64,000 nt of DNA, taken from Candidatus Hadarchaeota archaeon (GTDB taxonomy: Archaea > CAYQAE01 > CAYVLA01). Where the stretch lies: positions 1 through 64,000 of the forward strand of contig CAZUNO010000016.1 in the NCBI GenBank assembly GCA_964621445.1, given 5' to 3'. Positions 1-9,389 of this stretch are shown piece after piece. Below the pieces are notes generated by a model, which saw nothing but the letters and a program-made list of their open reading frames with translations, had not been told where the DNA came from and ran no database searches. The translations under genes were made by a program, and so were the position numbers. Each line of letters begins with the position of its first letter. Within the stretch, counting starts at the first letter, position 1.

Positions 1-1403
1 AACTGCTCCCGGCCAGTTTGTGGAGATCGCCGTCCGGTTGAAGTCGCACACCCCGGTATTGGTTATGTTGATCACGCCAATCTCGCGGGCAATCAGGTTG
101 AGAATATCGGCATGGATATATCCGGAGTTGAAAACGCTGGTTGCAGCCGCGAGGTCGACCAGGGTCAGGTTCCCGAACCAACCGAACCCGAAGTTAGCGA
201 TGTTGATGTGTGACCCGTTGTTGAGGATCTCGAAATTCCCTGCCCTGCCTTTCCCGGAAATTGCCAGGTTTGTGGTTCCTCCGCCATCCCCCTCGATTCT
301 TAGATTCCCGAACTCGTCGTATCCCTGATGATGAAAGTTTATGTTGGCGTTGTTATTTCGTACAAGGACGCTATCGGCCTTCCATTCACCGTTAAACGCG
401 TTTATCTCGGATCGCTCGCTGGCCAGTATCCGTAGGTTGTCGGCGGTCATTTCTCCGAACATGGAATCAAGGTTCATGATTGCCCCGCCCGCCGCCTGGA
501 AGATCAATACCTGAGTTTCAATGCTGCCGGTTAAGGCCAGGTTTCCTACGGCTCCTTCTTTGAGATTGATATCCAGACCCCGTGTCCGTGTTTTTCCGTC
601 CAGTTTAGAATCAAAATGACCTCCATTGAGGTCCAGGGCACGGGTTTCAAGGGTCCCGTTCAGATTCAGGGCCAGGGAGCCGTTCGTGACCTCCAGGGCC
701 AGGTATTCGGCGGTAAGGTTCTCCACGCTGATCGAGTTGCTCGATCCTGTAAAGGACTCCACCACCAGCGGTCCCGTCGTCGAGTTGGACAGGGCCATTC
801 CCAGTTCCCCCCTATTGTAGGCCCATAGAACACCGATTTCAAGGTTGCCGCCGCTCTGGTTGAGTTTTGCGGAGGATTCACGGTCCTTTACGGTGCGGGA
901 GATGTTGATCTCGGCGCGGTCGGTATTGAAGCTTCCCGCGGTGAGGAATAAGTTGGCTTTTCCTCCCTTCTCAGCGAGTAAATTGACCTCTTGGAGGGAG
1001 ATGTTGCCCCTGTTTGTCGGTTTATGCTTCCACCTCGACCTGGATGGAGGCCTAGTCCATTTCCCGATACGGTTCCCTTGTTGGTTATTACCACCCTCGA
1101 ATTCAGGGACTCCATCATCGCCCGTTGAACGGTCAGGTTTCCCTGGTTGTCAATGGAAAGCCGGGGGCTGTAAGTGGAGTTGCCCATGGCCCGGATGGTT
1201 CCGTTGATGGTGGCAGCCGAACCTATTGGTATCTCAAGGCGGGCATCCTTCCCCACCACCAGGACCTCCCCGTCCATGGGAAGGTCATCCGGTGTCAACC
1301 CGGAAACCGGGTCCCAGGCCAGGCAGGCAATACCAAGTGAAGATAGAGCTAACAGGGATATGAAAGCGACCCGGAGGACGGATCTTGAACCGAAAAACCT
1401 CAT
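1..1403 (-). pseudogene. Secreted Gly/Asn-rich beta-solenoid-like surface protein, interrupted by one frameshift near 1020-1060; runs off the left edge
   Basis: ORF 888..1403 starts with a signal peptide (RVAFISLLALSSLGIACLA). The similar-looking sequence continues in the -1 frame (TNRGNISLQEVNLLAEKGGKANLFLTAGSF...), open to position 1 with many NxS/T sequons. Could be an assembly indel. Confidence 0.55.
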
Positions 1404-1456
1404 GGTAAGCGGGACTCAGGGCACTCCTCAAAAAGGTAACCGAAGGTGGTGGCGGG

Positions 1457-2650
1457 TCAAGATTTGAGCTGCTCCGCGAATTCCAGTCCATACCGGTAGC
1501 ATCGTTCCAGGTCCTCTTCATCCGGGTGCCAGTTGACCTTCAGGGGTTCCATGGTCATATCTATCCCGGTTTCCTTGAAAGTCTCGGCGATGACATCGGT
1601 GCTTCCCCCTCCCCAGCCGTAACAGCCATAGGCGGCTCCCACACGGTTCCCAAACTTCAGCCCCTTGATCTCGGATAGAAGCTCGGCCACCTGGGGAAGG
1701 ACGCCGTTATTGAGCGTCGATGAACCAACCAGCACTCCTTCGGCCTCCAGTAGTTCGGAGATAACCTTTGACCGGTGGGTCCGGGAGAGCCTAAACATCT
1801 TGGTCTGGATACCAGCATCAGTTAGCCCATCCACGATACGTCTGGTCATGGCCTCGGTTCCACCCCACATGGTCTCATAGGCAACGACCACCCTTCCTTT
1901 TCCCGCCTCTCCGGTGGCCCATTGGAGGTATTGTTCTATTATCTTGCCAGAGTTCTCCCTCCATATGACCCCGTGGGCGGGAGCGATGGTATCTATGGGG
2001 ATCTCCTTTTCCTGTACCTCGGATATCTTCTTCTCCACCAGATTATTGAAGGGGTTCAGTATGTTAGCATAGTAGATCTTGGCCTCCTCCATCAGCGAAC
2101 AGTGGTCCACCTGGTCATCAAACCTCTCGCTAGTGGCCAGGTGCTGTCCAAAGGCGTCGTTCGATAGGAGAAGCTCCAGCTCTGGGATGTAGGTGAACAT
2201 GGAGTCGGGCCAATGCAACATGGGGGCCTCGAGGAAGCTAAGGGTCTTCTCTCCCAGCGATATCTGGTCCCCCGTCCCGACCGTCTCCAGGGGGATGTCG
2301 GGACCAAACTGCCCCTTCAGGGATTTCTCTCCCATCTTGCTGCACAGAACCGTGGCCTGATCGGCGATCTCCAGCATATCGATGATGCTACCCGAGTGGT
2401 CAGGTTCACCGTGGTTGGCCACGATGTAGTCTATCCGGGAGGGATCGACGAGCTCGGATACCCTATCCACCATCTCCTGGGTGAACTTGGAGTGAACGGT
2501 GTCCACCAGGGCGGTGTTATCGTCCATTACCAGGTAAGAATTGTAGGTCGTCCCCTTCTCCGTTGCGTGATGGGCGCCATGAAAGGTCCTTACGTCCCAG
2601 TCCACAGCCCCGACCCAGTATACGGCCGGGGCAACCTCGATCTGCTCCAT
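1457..2650 (-). CDS. fprA: Flavodiiron protein (FprA/A-type flavoprotein; O2/NO reductase)
   Basis: GTTYNSYL, HGEPDHSG, HWPDSMFTY and NDAFGQH diiron motifs; C-terminal flavodoxin domain (YETMWGGTE, GCYGWGGG). Confidence 0.93.
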   Translation of the reverse strand: MEQIEVAPAVYWVGAVDWDVRTFHGAHHATEKGTTYNSYLVMDDNTALVDTVHSKFTQEMVDRVSELVDPSRIDYIVANHGEPDHSGSIIDMLEIADQATVLCSKMGEKSLKGQFGPDIPLETVGTGDQISLGEKTLSFLEAPMLHWPDSMFTYIPELELLLSNDAFGQHLATSERFDDQVDHCSLMEEAKIYYANILNPFNNLVEKKISEVQEKEIPIDTIAPAHGVIWRENSGKIIEQYLQWATGEAGKGRVVVAYETMWGGTEAMTRRIVDGLTDAGIQTKMFRLSRTHRSKVISELLEAEGVLVGSSTLNNGVLPQVAELLSEIKGLKFGNRVGAAYGCYGWGGGSTDVIAETFKETGIDMTMEPLKVNWHPDEEDLERCYRYGLEFAEQLKS

Positions 2651-2770
2651 GGTGGGGACAATGACCTTGGGTCCAATTAAAGATTTCCCAGCCGCTTTTT
2701 ATTCCTCCATGGTGGCGCGTAAAGCCGCCATTTACCCGATTTTTCACTGGCAGGCAAATATTGAAAACAA

Positions 2771-2802
2771 TTCATTTATATAGATGTGGAAAATATATAA
2801 AC
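2771..2802. promoter_or_regulatory. TATA boxes of the divergent fprA/tfb promoter region
   Basis: TTTATATA (2776-2783) and AAATATATAAA (2791-2801) in an AT-rich gap between divergent genes. Confidence 0.55.
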
Positions 2803-2882
2803 AATAGGTGGGGTGGAGGAAGGTTCCAGGTGGAACATCCCTTTATTCTACACCATTTCGCATTCAATTGGAGGTTTCTTGA

Positions 2883-3818
2883 ATGTCATCTCAATCTGTA
2901 GCTGAGGAAGTAGAGACGAAGCCCAAATGCCCGGAATGCGGGTCCACAAGGCGTTTCGATGACCCTGGAAGAGGCGAGGTCATATGTGGAAACTGTGGTT
3001 TAGTCCTCGAAGACGGTATGTTGGAGAAAGGTCCCGAGTGGCGTGCCTTTGATGCTGAAACCATAAAGAAAAGACAGCGAACTGGGGCTCCCCAGACGCT
3101 GCGTTTCCATGACAAAGGCCTGTCAACGGTGATAGATCCCCGTGACTACGACGCCAGGGGCTCCCCGCTTAAGCCAAAGATGTCCAGGCGAATGGACAGG
3201 CTGAGAAAGTGGGATGCGAGGTCACGTACCTCCGAGTCCAAGGACAGAAATCTTGCCACCGCGCTATTCGAGATGGACAGGATGGGTGGACAGCTGGGGA
3301 TACCCAAGAACGTAATCGAGTCCGCGGCCCTCATGTACCGAAAGGCACTGGAGGAGGACATACCTAAGAGCAGGTCAATCATACTAACAGTCGCTGCCTG
3401 TTTGTATCTGGCCACCAGGCAGTTTGGAATACCCAGAACCCTACAGGAGCTAGCCGAGGTCTGCAATGCCGACCGTAGAAAGGATGTCGGTGGCGTGGTC
3501 AGGATACTGCAAAGGGAACTAGATCTCAATCTACCCCCCTCAACGCCACTCGATTACGTCAGGCAGTTGGCCTCCAAGCTGGATCTTCCTGGAGAGGTTC
3601 AGGAGGATGCTGCCCGAACGTTAAGAGAGGCCATTGCAGAGGGAATAACCTCTGGAAAGAACCCAATCGGCGTGGCGGGAGCTGCAATCTACCTCGCTTC
3701 CCTGAAGGCAGGTATGAAGGTCAACCAAAGCGAGGTCGCAGATGCGTCCACCACGACCCCGGTCACCATCAGGAATAACTGCAGAGATCTCAAGGAGATA
3801 GCTGGAGTAGACTACTAA
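2883..3818 (+). CDS. tfb: Transcription initiation factor IIB (TFB), divergent paralog
   Basis: Zn ribbon CPECG...CGNCG, GPEWRAFD B-reader, HDKGLST, two cyclin repeats; SD-like GGAGGT upstream. Confidence 0.95.
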   Translation: MSSQSVAEEVETKPKCPECGSTRRFDDPGRGEVICGNCGLVLEDGMLEKGPEWRAFDAETIKKRQRTGAPQTLRFHDKGLSTVIDPRDYDARGSPLKPKMSRRMDRLRKWDARSRTSESKDRNLATALFEMDRMGGQLGIPKNVIESAALMYRKALEEDIPKSRSIILTVAACLYLATRQFGIPRTLQELAEVCNADRRKDVGGVVRILQRELDLNLPPSTPLDYVRQLASKLDLPGEVQEDAARTLREAIAEGITSGKNPIGVAGAAIYLASLKAGMKVNQSEVADASTTTPVTIRNNCRDLKEIAGVDY

Positions 3819-3820
3819 TC

Positions 3821-4768
3821 CTACATATTCCTGTAGGGCTTGACCATTTCGTCTATCTCTTTTTCGAAAAGGTCCAGTTTATCCTCTACGGAGGATTCGG
3901 AAGGTTTAACCCGGGGAGTGACCTCTATTTCAACCCCCTTCCTGGCCAGATATGCCTTGGCCACCAGTGAGCCGCTATAGCTCTCCCATACCCTGAGGGT
4001 CTTGTTGACCAGCAACTGGCATTTCGCAGCCTCGTCCAGCTCGCCCTCCATGAAGTGATCAAAGAGAGCCCTTAATAGCTGTGGGTAGGTATTGCATCCC
4101 TCGCCTATCACCGCTCCCGCGCCCAGCGCTAGTGCGGGTAGGAATGCCGTTTCGGCCCCGCATATCATGGTGAAGTCCTTATCGCAGACTGCGGATGACA
4201 GGTCGGTGAAGAGCTTCATATCATTGCTGGACAGCTTCATCCCCCGCACATTGGGCAGGGATGAAATTCTGTCCAGGAGCTGGGGATCCAGCCTGTAAGG
4301 AGCAGGGGTGTACCCCGGTTGGTAAATCACTAGGGGGATATCCAGGGATTCGTCAAGAGTATGATAATAATCGTAGATCTTTTCCCCCAGGTTATCCGTT
4401 CTTTCCAGTCCAAAGCACACGAAAACCGCGCCATTGGCGCCGATTTCTTGGGCATATGTTCCCAGTTCCACCGATTCACCGATGTATTTGTCCTCCTCGG
4501 GACGTCCCTCGGAGAGATCTCCCGAGCACCCCACGAGAACGTAAATGTCATCTTCGGCCTCGTCGACCACCATGTCGGCCATCCTTTTGGTCTCTTCCAC
4601 CGTGAAGCTTTTCATGTTTCCCACGCCGGACCTCACGAAGATCGAGGTGACTGCACCGCTGTCAATTAACCATCTCACGGTACTCCTGATGGCGACTTCA
4701 TCCAGGTTTCCGTTTTCATCACACCCGGTGACCATTGGGGTTATCACTCCGGTTAGAAACTCGGGCAT
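3821..4768 (-). CDS. Dihydrodipicolinate synthase/N-acetylneuraminate lyase family aldolase
   Basis: GVITPMVT start, VIYQPG Tyr, GMKLSS Schiff-base Lys; GTTGE replaced by SGVGN, so probably not DapA itself. Confidence 0.8.
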   Translation of the reverse strand: MPEFLTGVITPMVTGCDENGNLDEVAIRSTVRWLIDSGAVTSIFVRSGVGNMKSFTVEETKRMADMVVDEAEDDIYVLVGCSGDLSEGRPEEDKYIGESVELGTYAQEIGANGAVFVCFGLERTDNLGEKIYDYYHTLDESLDIPLVIYQPGYTPAPYRLDPQLLDRISSLPNVRGMKLSSNDMKLFTDLSSAVCDKDFTMICGAETAFLPALALGAGAVIGEGCNTYPQLLRALFDHFMEGELDEAAKCQLLVNKTLRVWESYSGSLVAKAYLARKGVEIEVTPRVKPSESSVEDKLDLFEKEIDEMVKPYRNM

Positions 4769-4875
4769 GTATTTTCCAGTTACGCAATTTTTGAGCTGGT
4801 TCGTGTTTAGCCCTCCTCCTGCAGGAGGCCGTTAGCCTGTGAAAAATGTATTGACCTGTGGACCTGAAAGGTCGC

Positions 4876-6132
4876 TTACTCAACCTCCGGTCTATCCCCT
4901 GCCCTGGTATGGGATACTTTCCTGTAGAACCTGCGCTGAACCATAACCGTCCACAGGACGAATCCACAGAAAAGGGCGGTTCCGGTAACAGATATCCACT
5001 CCACCAGGTAAATCCAGATGAGAGCCTCGTCCTTGAGCCTGAGGGCCTCCTTCTCCAGTTCCTCGAAAATGGATTCAATTGGTTCACAGGTTTCCAGGGC
5101 GTCCCGGTAGCGGAGTTCGAGGTACTGCCGCTCCGCAAGCGAGATGGTGGTCTCCATCTTCTCCATCTTAGCCATGATATTGTCGGTATTGGCCCCGAAG
5201 GACTCGCTGAATTCCAGGAGGTCAACCAGTAGGGATCTCCTGCGGCTTATCTCCAGCATCTGGTTCCTGGCAAGATGCACGACCTGTATATCCTGGGGAA
5301 CCGGGCGACCGACCATATAGATCATCAGGTTGCTCCCGAAATCGTAATGATACTTCCAGGGTCTAATACCCCTGGAGAGGAGGGATATCTCGCTGGTCAT
5401 GGCGAAGATCCTGGCCCGGTTCTCAATCTCCCAGGTAACCATCAGGGGATCCTTCCCGCCTCCCGGGCAGTTTAGGTGGGCAAGCTGGTCGGCTCCAGGT
5501 CTTAAGGTGACCACGTTGTGATCCCAGGTAATGGGACTTGAGAGCACCGGATCCTTCATGTTCCAGGGAATGCTGGCTATAAGCTCGTGAGCCGTCCTAT
5601 CAAGGACCAGATAACCGTATGGGTTGAATTCCTGGGGCAACGGCTCGGTTGGCAGAAGTTCGGCCACCGAGGTTCCGCCCCAGGACGTTTTTCCATGGAA
5701 CCCACCGAAGGTCTCAGGGCCTCCGGCCATTAACAGAGCCAAACCGGCCTCGCGGACGGACTGGGAGATCAGATCTATATACCTGGAGCCAAGGGCCTCC
5801 CGGGTTGCATAGGCCAAAATAACCACGTCAAAGTTGCTGGTAATATCGTGCAAGCTGCGAGGCATGTAAAGCCTAACCATCCTCTTCACGTCCGCTGTCG
5901 ACAGGGGGATCGATGAGTGAATATGAGCATCGACGAAGGAGACCGAGAACAGGGGATCGGAGATCATTAGATTGAATGGTTGCGATGCGAAGGGCTCGCC
6001 CACGAATAGTATACCGATCTCGTTTCCTTGCCCAGTCGAGACGGAAGGGGCAATGAATAGGACCAGAAGAGGGATTAATACCAGGTACCGGAATGAAGTC
6101 ATGTTGGGAATCCAACTGTAATCCCTGATCAA
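4876..6132 (-). CDS. Membrane-anchored GATase1-like (DUF1355-type) surface protein, paralog A (start may be 6102)
   Basis: Signal peptide; RLYMPR..FDVVIL..LLMAGGPETFGG; helical stalk; C-terminal TM helix (KDEALIWIYLVEW). Homologous to 35360..36598 and 40934..42166. Confidence 0.75.
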   Translation of the reverse strand: MIRDYSWIPNMTSFRYLVLIPLLVLFIAPSVSTGQGNEIGILFVGEPFASQPFNLMISDPLFSVSFVDAHIHSSIPLSTADVKRMVRLYMPRSLHDITSNFDVVILAYATREALGSRYIDLISQSVREAGLALLMAGGPETFGGFHGKTSWGGTSVAELLPTEPLPQEFNPYGYLVLDRTAHELIASIPWNMKDPVLSSPITWDHNVVTLRPGADQLAHLNCPGGGKDPLMVTWEIENRARIFAMTSEISLLSRGIRPWKYHYDFGSNLMIYMVGRPVPQDIQVVHLARNQMLEISRRRSLLVDLLEFSESFGANTDNIMAKMEKMETTISLAERQYLELRYRDALETCEPIESIFEELEKEALRLKDEALIWIYLVEWISVTGTALFCGFVLWTVMVQRRFYRKVSHTRAGDRPEVE

Positions 6133-6165
6133 ACATGAAAAATATATCCGAGAAGTCTTGGACCT

Positions 6166-7845
6166 TCACTCGAATTCGAAGTATGAGGCCGCTCTCCTCC
6201 CGATGGAGGGGTCTTCGAAGATTTCCTGGAATTCCGCTTCGTTTTCCGGTCTCATCTGCATGAAAGCGTTGATATCTTCCTCGCTCATACCCGGTATCAT
6301 CCTTAATAGATCTCTGGATACAGTTTTTGGAGTCAAGGGATGGGAAAGGGCCTCCAGCCGGCCGTTATTGGGCTCGGTCACCCTCACGTCCTGGAGCTGT
6401 CCAACCTTTGCCGCACCGTGAACGAGAAGCGAGGGGGAGTTGATCCCGACCTTTGTGGCCTGTACGGCCGTATCAAGGGACCTCATGGCGTATATGTCCT
6501 TCAGCAGCTGCCCGGGAGAGGCCAACCCGGATTTCAGGGGAGCGTTGATATCGTTTCTCAGAACCTCGAGGTGTTGGTCAAGGTCCTCAAGTTCCTCCAG
6601 GTCATCGCGCTTGGCGATGGTCGTTCCCGGAATGGGGACCAGCCTTCTGGCCACCGCGCCCCTTATGAGTTTCTGGGAAGCGAGTTCCCTAATTCTTTCC
6701 TCATTTATCTCGATGGTTTCCTGGCTCTCCCCTGCCAGGCCGTAAACCAGCTCCACGGCGGGAAGCAGGGTGGGGAGGCCGTTGGGGCCGGTGACCCGCC
6801 CGGCAGAGCTCATCATATCCACCACTTCATTGAAGTCCTGGGTGGAGCAGGCCACGTTGTTTACCAGCTGAACCTCCTCGTCGAAAGTTATGGCCCTCAG
6901 GTTCGGAAAATTACCGTCCGAGCAGTGTTCGACCACGGTCTTGGTTATCTTTTCAGCTTCATCCTTGTCGTTGGCAACGGCAGCCGGGTTGATGTTGAGT
7001 ATGTGCAGGCCCTTTAGCTCCGGGGCAACGCTTCCAGCCCCTTCCAGGAGCCTTTCTATGGCCGAATGGTCCAGGTCCAGGGTCCCGTCCTCCCTGGGGT
7101 CCGAGAAATAGGAGTAGAAACACGGGGCCTGGAAGAACACGTTCTCGCAGCCAAGCTCGGCGATTTTGGATATTTCGGCTACCACGTCCTCGACCGGCCT
7201 GTATTCAACGGTGGTGAAGAAATTCTGGTGGCAGAACGAGCAACCTCCCTGGGCTGCGCTGGGGCATCCGCGATAGAGCTCCACCCCCAGGGATAGGAAT
7301 GAGGGATATCCTGCATTCTGAATGGCCAGCCCGGCCCCGAGAATGGAGAACCTCTCCAGGTCCTGGTTGGTCCTGCGAATACCGGGATCAACACCATCTA
7401 TCGTGGATCCCTCGGATAGAACCTCGTGTGTGAATTTGGATAGGTCGCCGTCCACGACGAGATCGAAGTCCATCTCCCTGGCTTCGGGCTCGTGGACCAG
7501 CACATAGGGCCCGCCCAATATCTTGGGGCACTCCAGATAGGCCACGAAATCGAACAGGTCACCCACCTCGGGGGGCACATCGCCTGAGGCCTCGGTTAGG
7601 TCGACGGAGGGACGGGCCTCTGGAACTCCAGCATAGACCAGAACCAGGCCCGCATCCTGTATCAGCGACGCCTTGTTGCCGGACTTCAGGTCATCAAGGG
7701 TCATGTATATGGCCCTGGCCTTTGAGTTCCTATCCCAGCAGGCCCCGGCTATATACCTCACCTCGGGAGCCAGAAACGGAGGCCTCCCCAGATCAAAGGG
7801 CAGGTCGGAATAACCATCCACGATGACGATCTTATCGATCTTCAA
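6166..7845 (-). CDS. Radical SAM protein with C-terminal helix-hairpin-helix (COG1031-like)
   Basis: IVDGY..P..LG.PPFL N-terminus; RGCPSAAQGGCSFC cluster motif; LRMIPGM HhH-like tail. Confidence 0.8.
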   Translation of the reverse strand: MKIDKIVIVDGYSDLPFDLGRPPFLAPEVRYIAGACWDRNSKARAIYMTLDDLKSGNKASLIQDAGLVLVYAGVPEARPSVDLTEASGDVPPEVGDLFDFVAYLECPKILGGPYVLVHEPEAREMDFDLVVDGDLSKFTHEVLSEGSTIDGVDPGIRRTNQDLERFSILGAGLAIQNAGYPSFLSLGVELYRGCPSAAQGGCSFCHQNFFTTVEYRPVEDVVAEISKIAELGCENVFFQAPCFYSYFSDPREDGTLDLDHSAIERLLEGAGSVAPELKGLHILNINPAAVANDKDEAEKITKTVVEHCSDGNFPNLRAITFDEEVQLVNNVACSTQDFNEVVDMMSSAGRVTGPNGLPTLLPAVELVYGLAGESQETIEINEERIRELASQKLIRGAVARRLVPIPGTTIAKRDDLEELEDLDQHLEVLRNDINAPLKSGLASPGQLLKDIYAMRSLDTAVQATKVGINSPSLLVHGAAKVGQLQDVRVTEPNNGRLEALSHPLTPKTVSRDLLRMIPGMSEEDINAFMQMRPENEAEFQEIFEDPSIGRRAASYFEFE

Positions 7846-8213
7846 GTTATCGTGGCCTCTTGTTCCTTCATTATGGTTTTGAGATCAATGAAGTAAACTC
7901 CCTCCGGGTCCCTGAGCACGATGGGATCGCCTTTCAGCAGGCTCTCCAGGTCGATATCGTAGATGCCTTCCTTGTTCAGTCTCAGGTTCTCTATGGATAT
8001 GGATATCGGTTGATCGGGGTCCGTGGCCTCTCCCAGCAGGTCTCTTATCTGGGCTTCAAGACGGTCAAGGTCCTGGGGGAGTTGGTTCTTCTTGACCTTT
8101 AGACTGGGCTTCTTGAGGTAGAGAAACAGCTTGCTCCCGCAGACGCAGCCCTGCATCAGCTTCTTCGACTCGCTGGAATATATCCTTCCGCATCTGACGC
8201 ACTGGTGTCTCAT
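7842..8213 (-). CDS. oapC: Zn-ribbon protein OapC (DUF2072)
   Basis: MRHQCVRCG...GCVCGSKLF; SIENLR...GIYDIDLESL; GVYFIDL. Confidence 0.82.
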   Translation of the reverse strand: MRHQCVRCGRIYSSESKKLMQGCVCGSKLFLYLKKPSLKVKKNQLPQDLDRLEAQIRDLLGEATDPDQPISISIENLRLNKEGIYDIDLESLLKGDPIVLRDPEGVYFIDLKTIMKEQEATIT

Positions 8214-8585
8214 CTACTCAGTCTCCACATGCATGGAAAGTATACCCGGGCTTCGTTTGACCTTCTTTATCAGCGCCGCGGGCCCAACCACCACTATGCC
8301 CTTCCGGTGACCCAGGGTCTTCAGTATCCGGTCCCTAAATCCCTCGAGGAGGCCGACCTTGCGGTATTCGTCCCCGCTCAGGGTGCAGAGCTCAATGCCC
8401 GGGAAATCGTCGGTCACCGCCTTCATGGTTGACTCGATTAGCATGGCCTCTTCCCGTGGCTCAAGCGTTCCCTCAATGACCACTACCTTTCCTGCCTGAA
8501 CCTTCTCCACCAGGAACTCAACCTTCTCCTTCGGGTCCCGGTTCCTTATGCTCGAAAAGGGAATGAAGTCTACCTCCAGCTTCAT
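8214..8585 (-). CDS. oapB: OapB (DUF2073)
   Basis: VVIEGTL.P.EEA.LIE.TM...FPGIE and VVGPA motifs; lies between oapA and oapC. Confidence 0.82.
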   Translation of the reverse strand: MKLEVDFIPFSSIRNRDPKEKVEFLVEKVQAGKVVVIEGTLEPREEAMLIESTMKAVTDDFPGIELCTLSGDEYRKVGLLEGFRDRILKTLGHRKGIVVVGPAALIKKVKRSPGILSMHVETE

Positions 8586-9211
8586 TCCATCACCATATCA
8601 AAGATCTTTTTGTAAAGTTCGTGGATGTTATCCCCCTCCTTCGCCGATATTGAAACGAACTCCCTGCCGGCAAAGGCTTCGCGTATCCGTTCCGGCTTGG
8701 AAGTGGCAAGATCGATCTTATTTGCCACTATGAGAGTCGGGATGTTCCTTGCCTCGAGATTACCAAGGATGGTGATATTGACCTGGGTGTAGGGATCCAC
8801 CGTTGAATCCATGACTACCAGAACCGCATCAAGCTTGGCAAGCCACTTTATCGAGTCCAGGACTCCTTGAGTTGCCTGTTTTGCCCTCCTCTTGGCCTCG
8901 ACCTCGCTCAGACCATATTTCATGAACTCCCGGTAGTCTACTTTGGTCTCTATTCCCGGAGTGTCGATCAGGTCCATGCTGAACTTCTTCCAGCCGTCGG
9001 CAACCTCCATTCTCTCCATCTTGAGTATCTGCCTGGTCTCATGGGGAATCTCGGACACCGAACCCATTTGGTCGCCCACCCAGTCCCGGGTCAGCCTGTT
9101 GGCCAAGGTGGTCTTGCCCACGTTGGTTGGTCCGTATATCCCCAGCTTGACGTCTATCTTTTTTCTGAAAAGCCTGTAAAATGCAAGTCTCAAACTCTTT
9201 CTAATACCCAT
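8582..9211 (-). CDS. oapA: Era-like GTPase OapA
   Basis: GPTNVGKT (G1), PHETR, DTPG (G3), NKID (G4), SAK (G5); DPYTQVN signature; amphipathic N-terminus. Confidence 0.87.
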   Translation of the reverse strand: MGIRKSLRLAFYRLFRKKIDVKLGIYGPTNVGKTTLANRLTRDWVGDQMGSVSEIPHETRQILKMERMEVADGWKKFSMDLIDTPGIETKVDYREFMKYGLSEVEAKRRAKQATQGVLDSIKWLAKLDAVLVVMDSTVDPYTQVNITILGNLEARNIPTLIVANKIDLATSKPERIREAFAGREFVSISAKEGDNIHELYKKIFDMVME

Positions 9212-9389
9212 GATCAGCCTCCGGGGTAGTTTGCCGCCGAAGTCGGTAGAATGATAAATAGGCTTTTAGGGGATACAACCGCGATCGGCCTCCCTTTTGG
9301 TAAGGATCTCGTTTATTTAAATTTGAGTCCTCACCTTAATTGTAGAGGGAAATTAAATGCCAATAGCAGTAATTTAAACGGATTACGCT

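Noticed and set aside
2823-2836. GTTCCAGGTGGAAC as a mini-ORB
   Set aside because: Single copy with no G-string or cdc6 nearby; better explained as the top of the tfb leader hairpin.
9212-9389. Replication origin upstream of oapA
   Set aside because: AT-rich but short; no ORB repeats and no cdc6/orc1 gene are visible.
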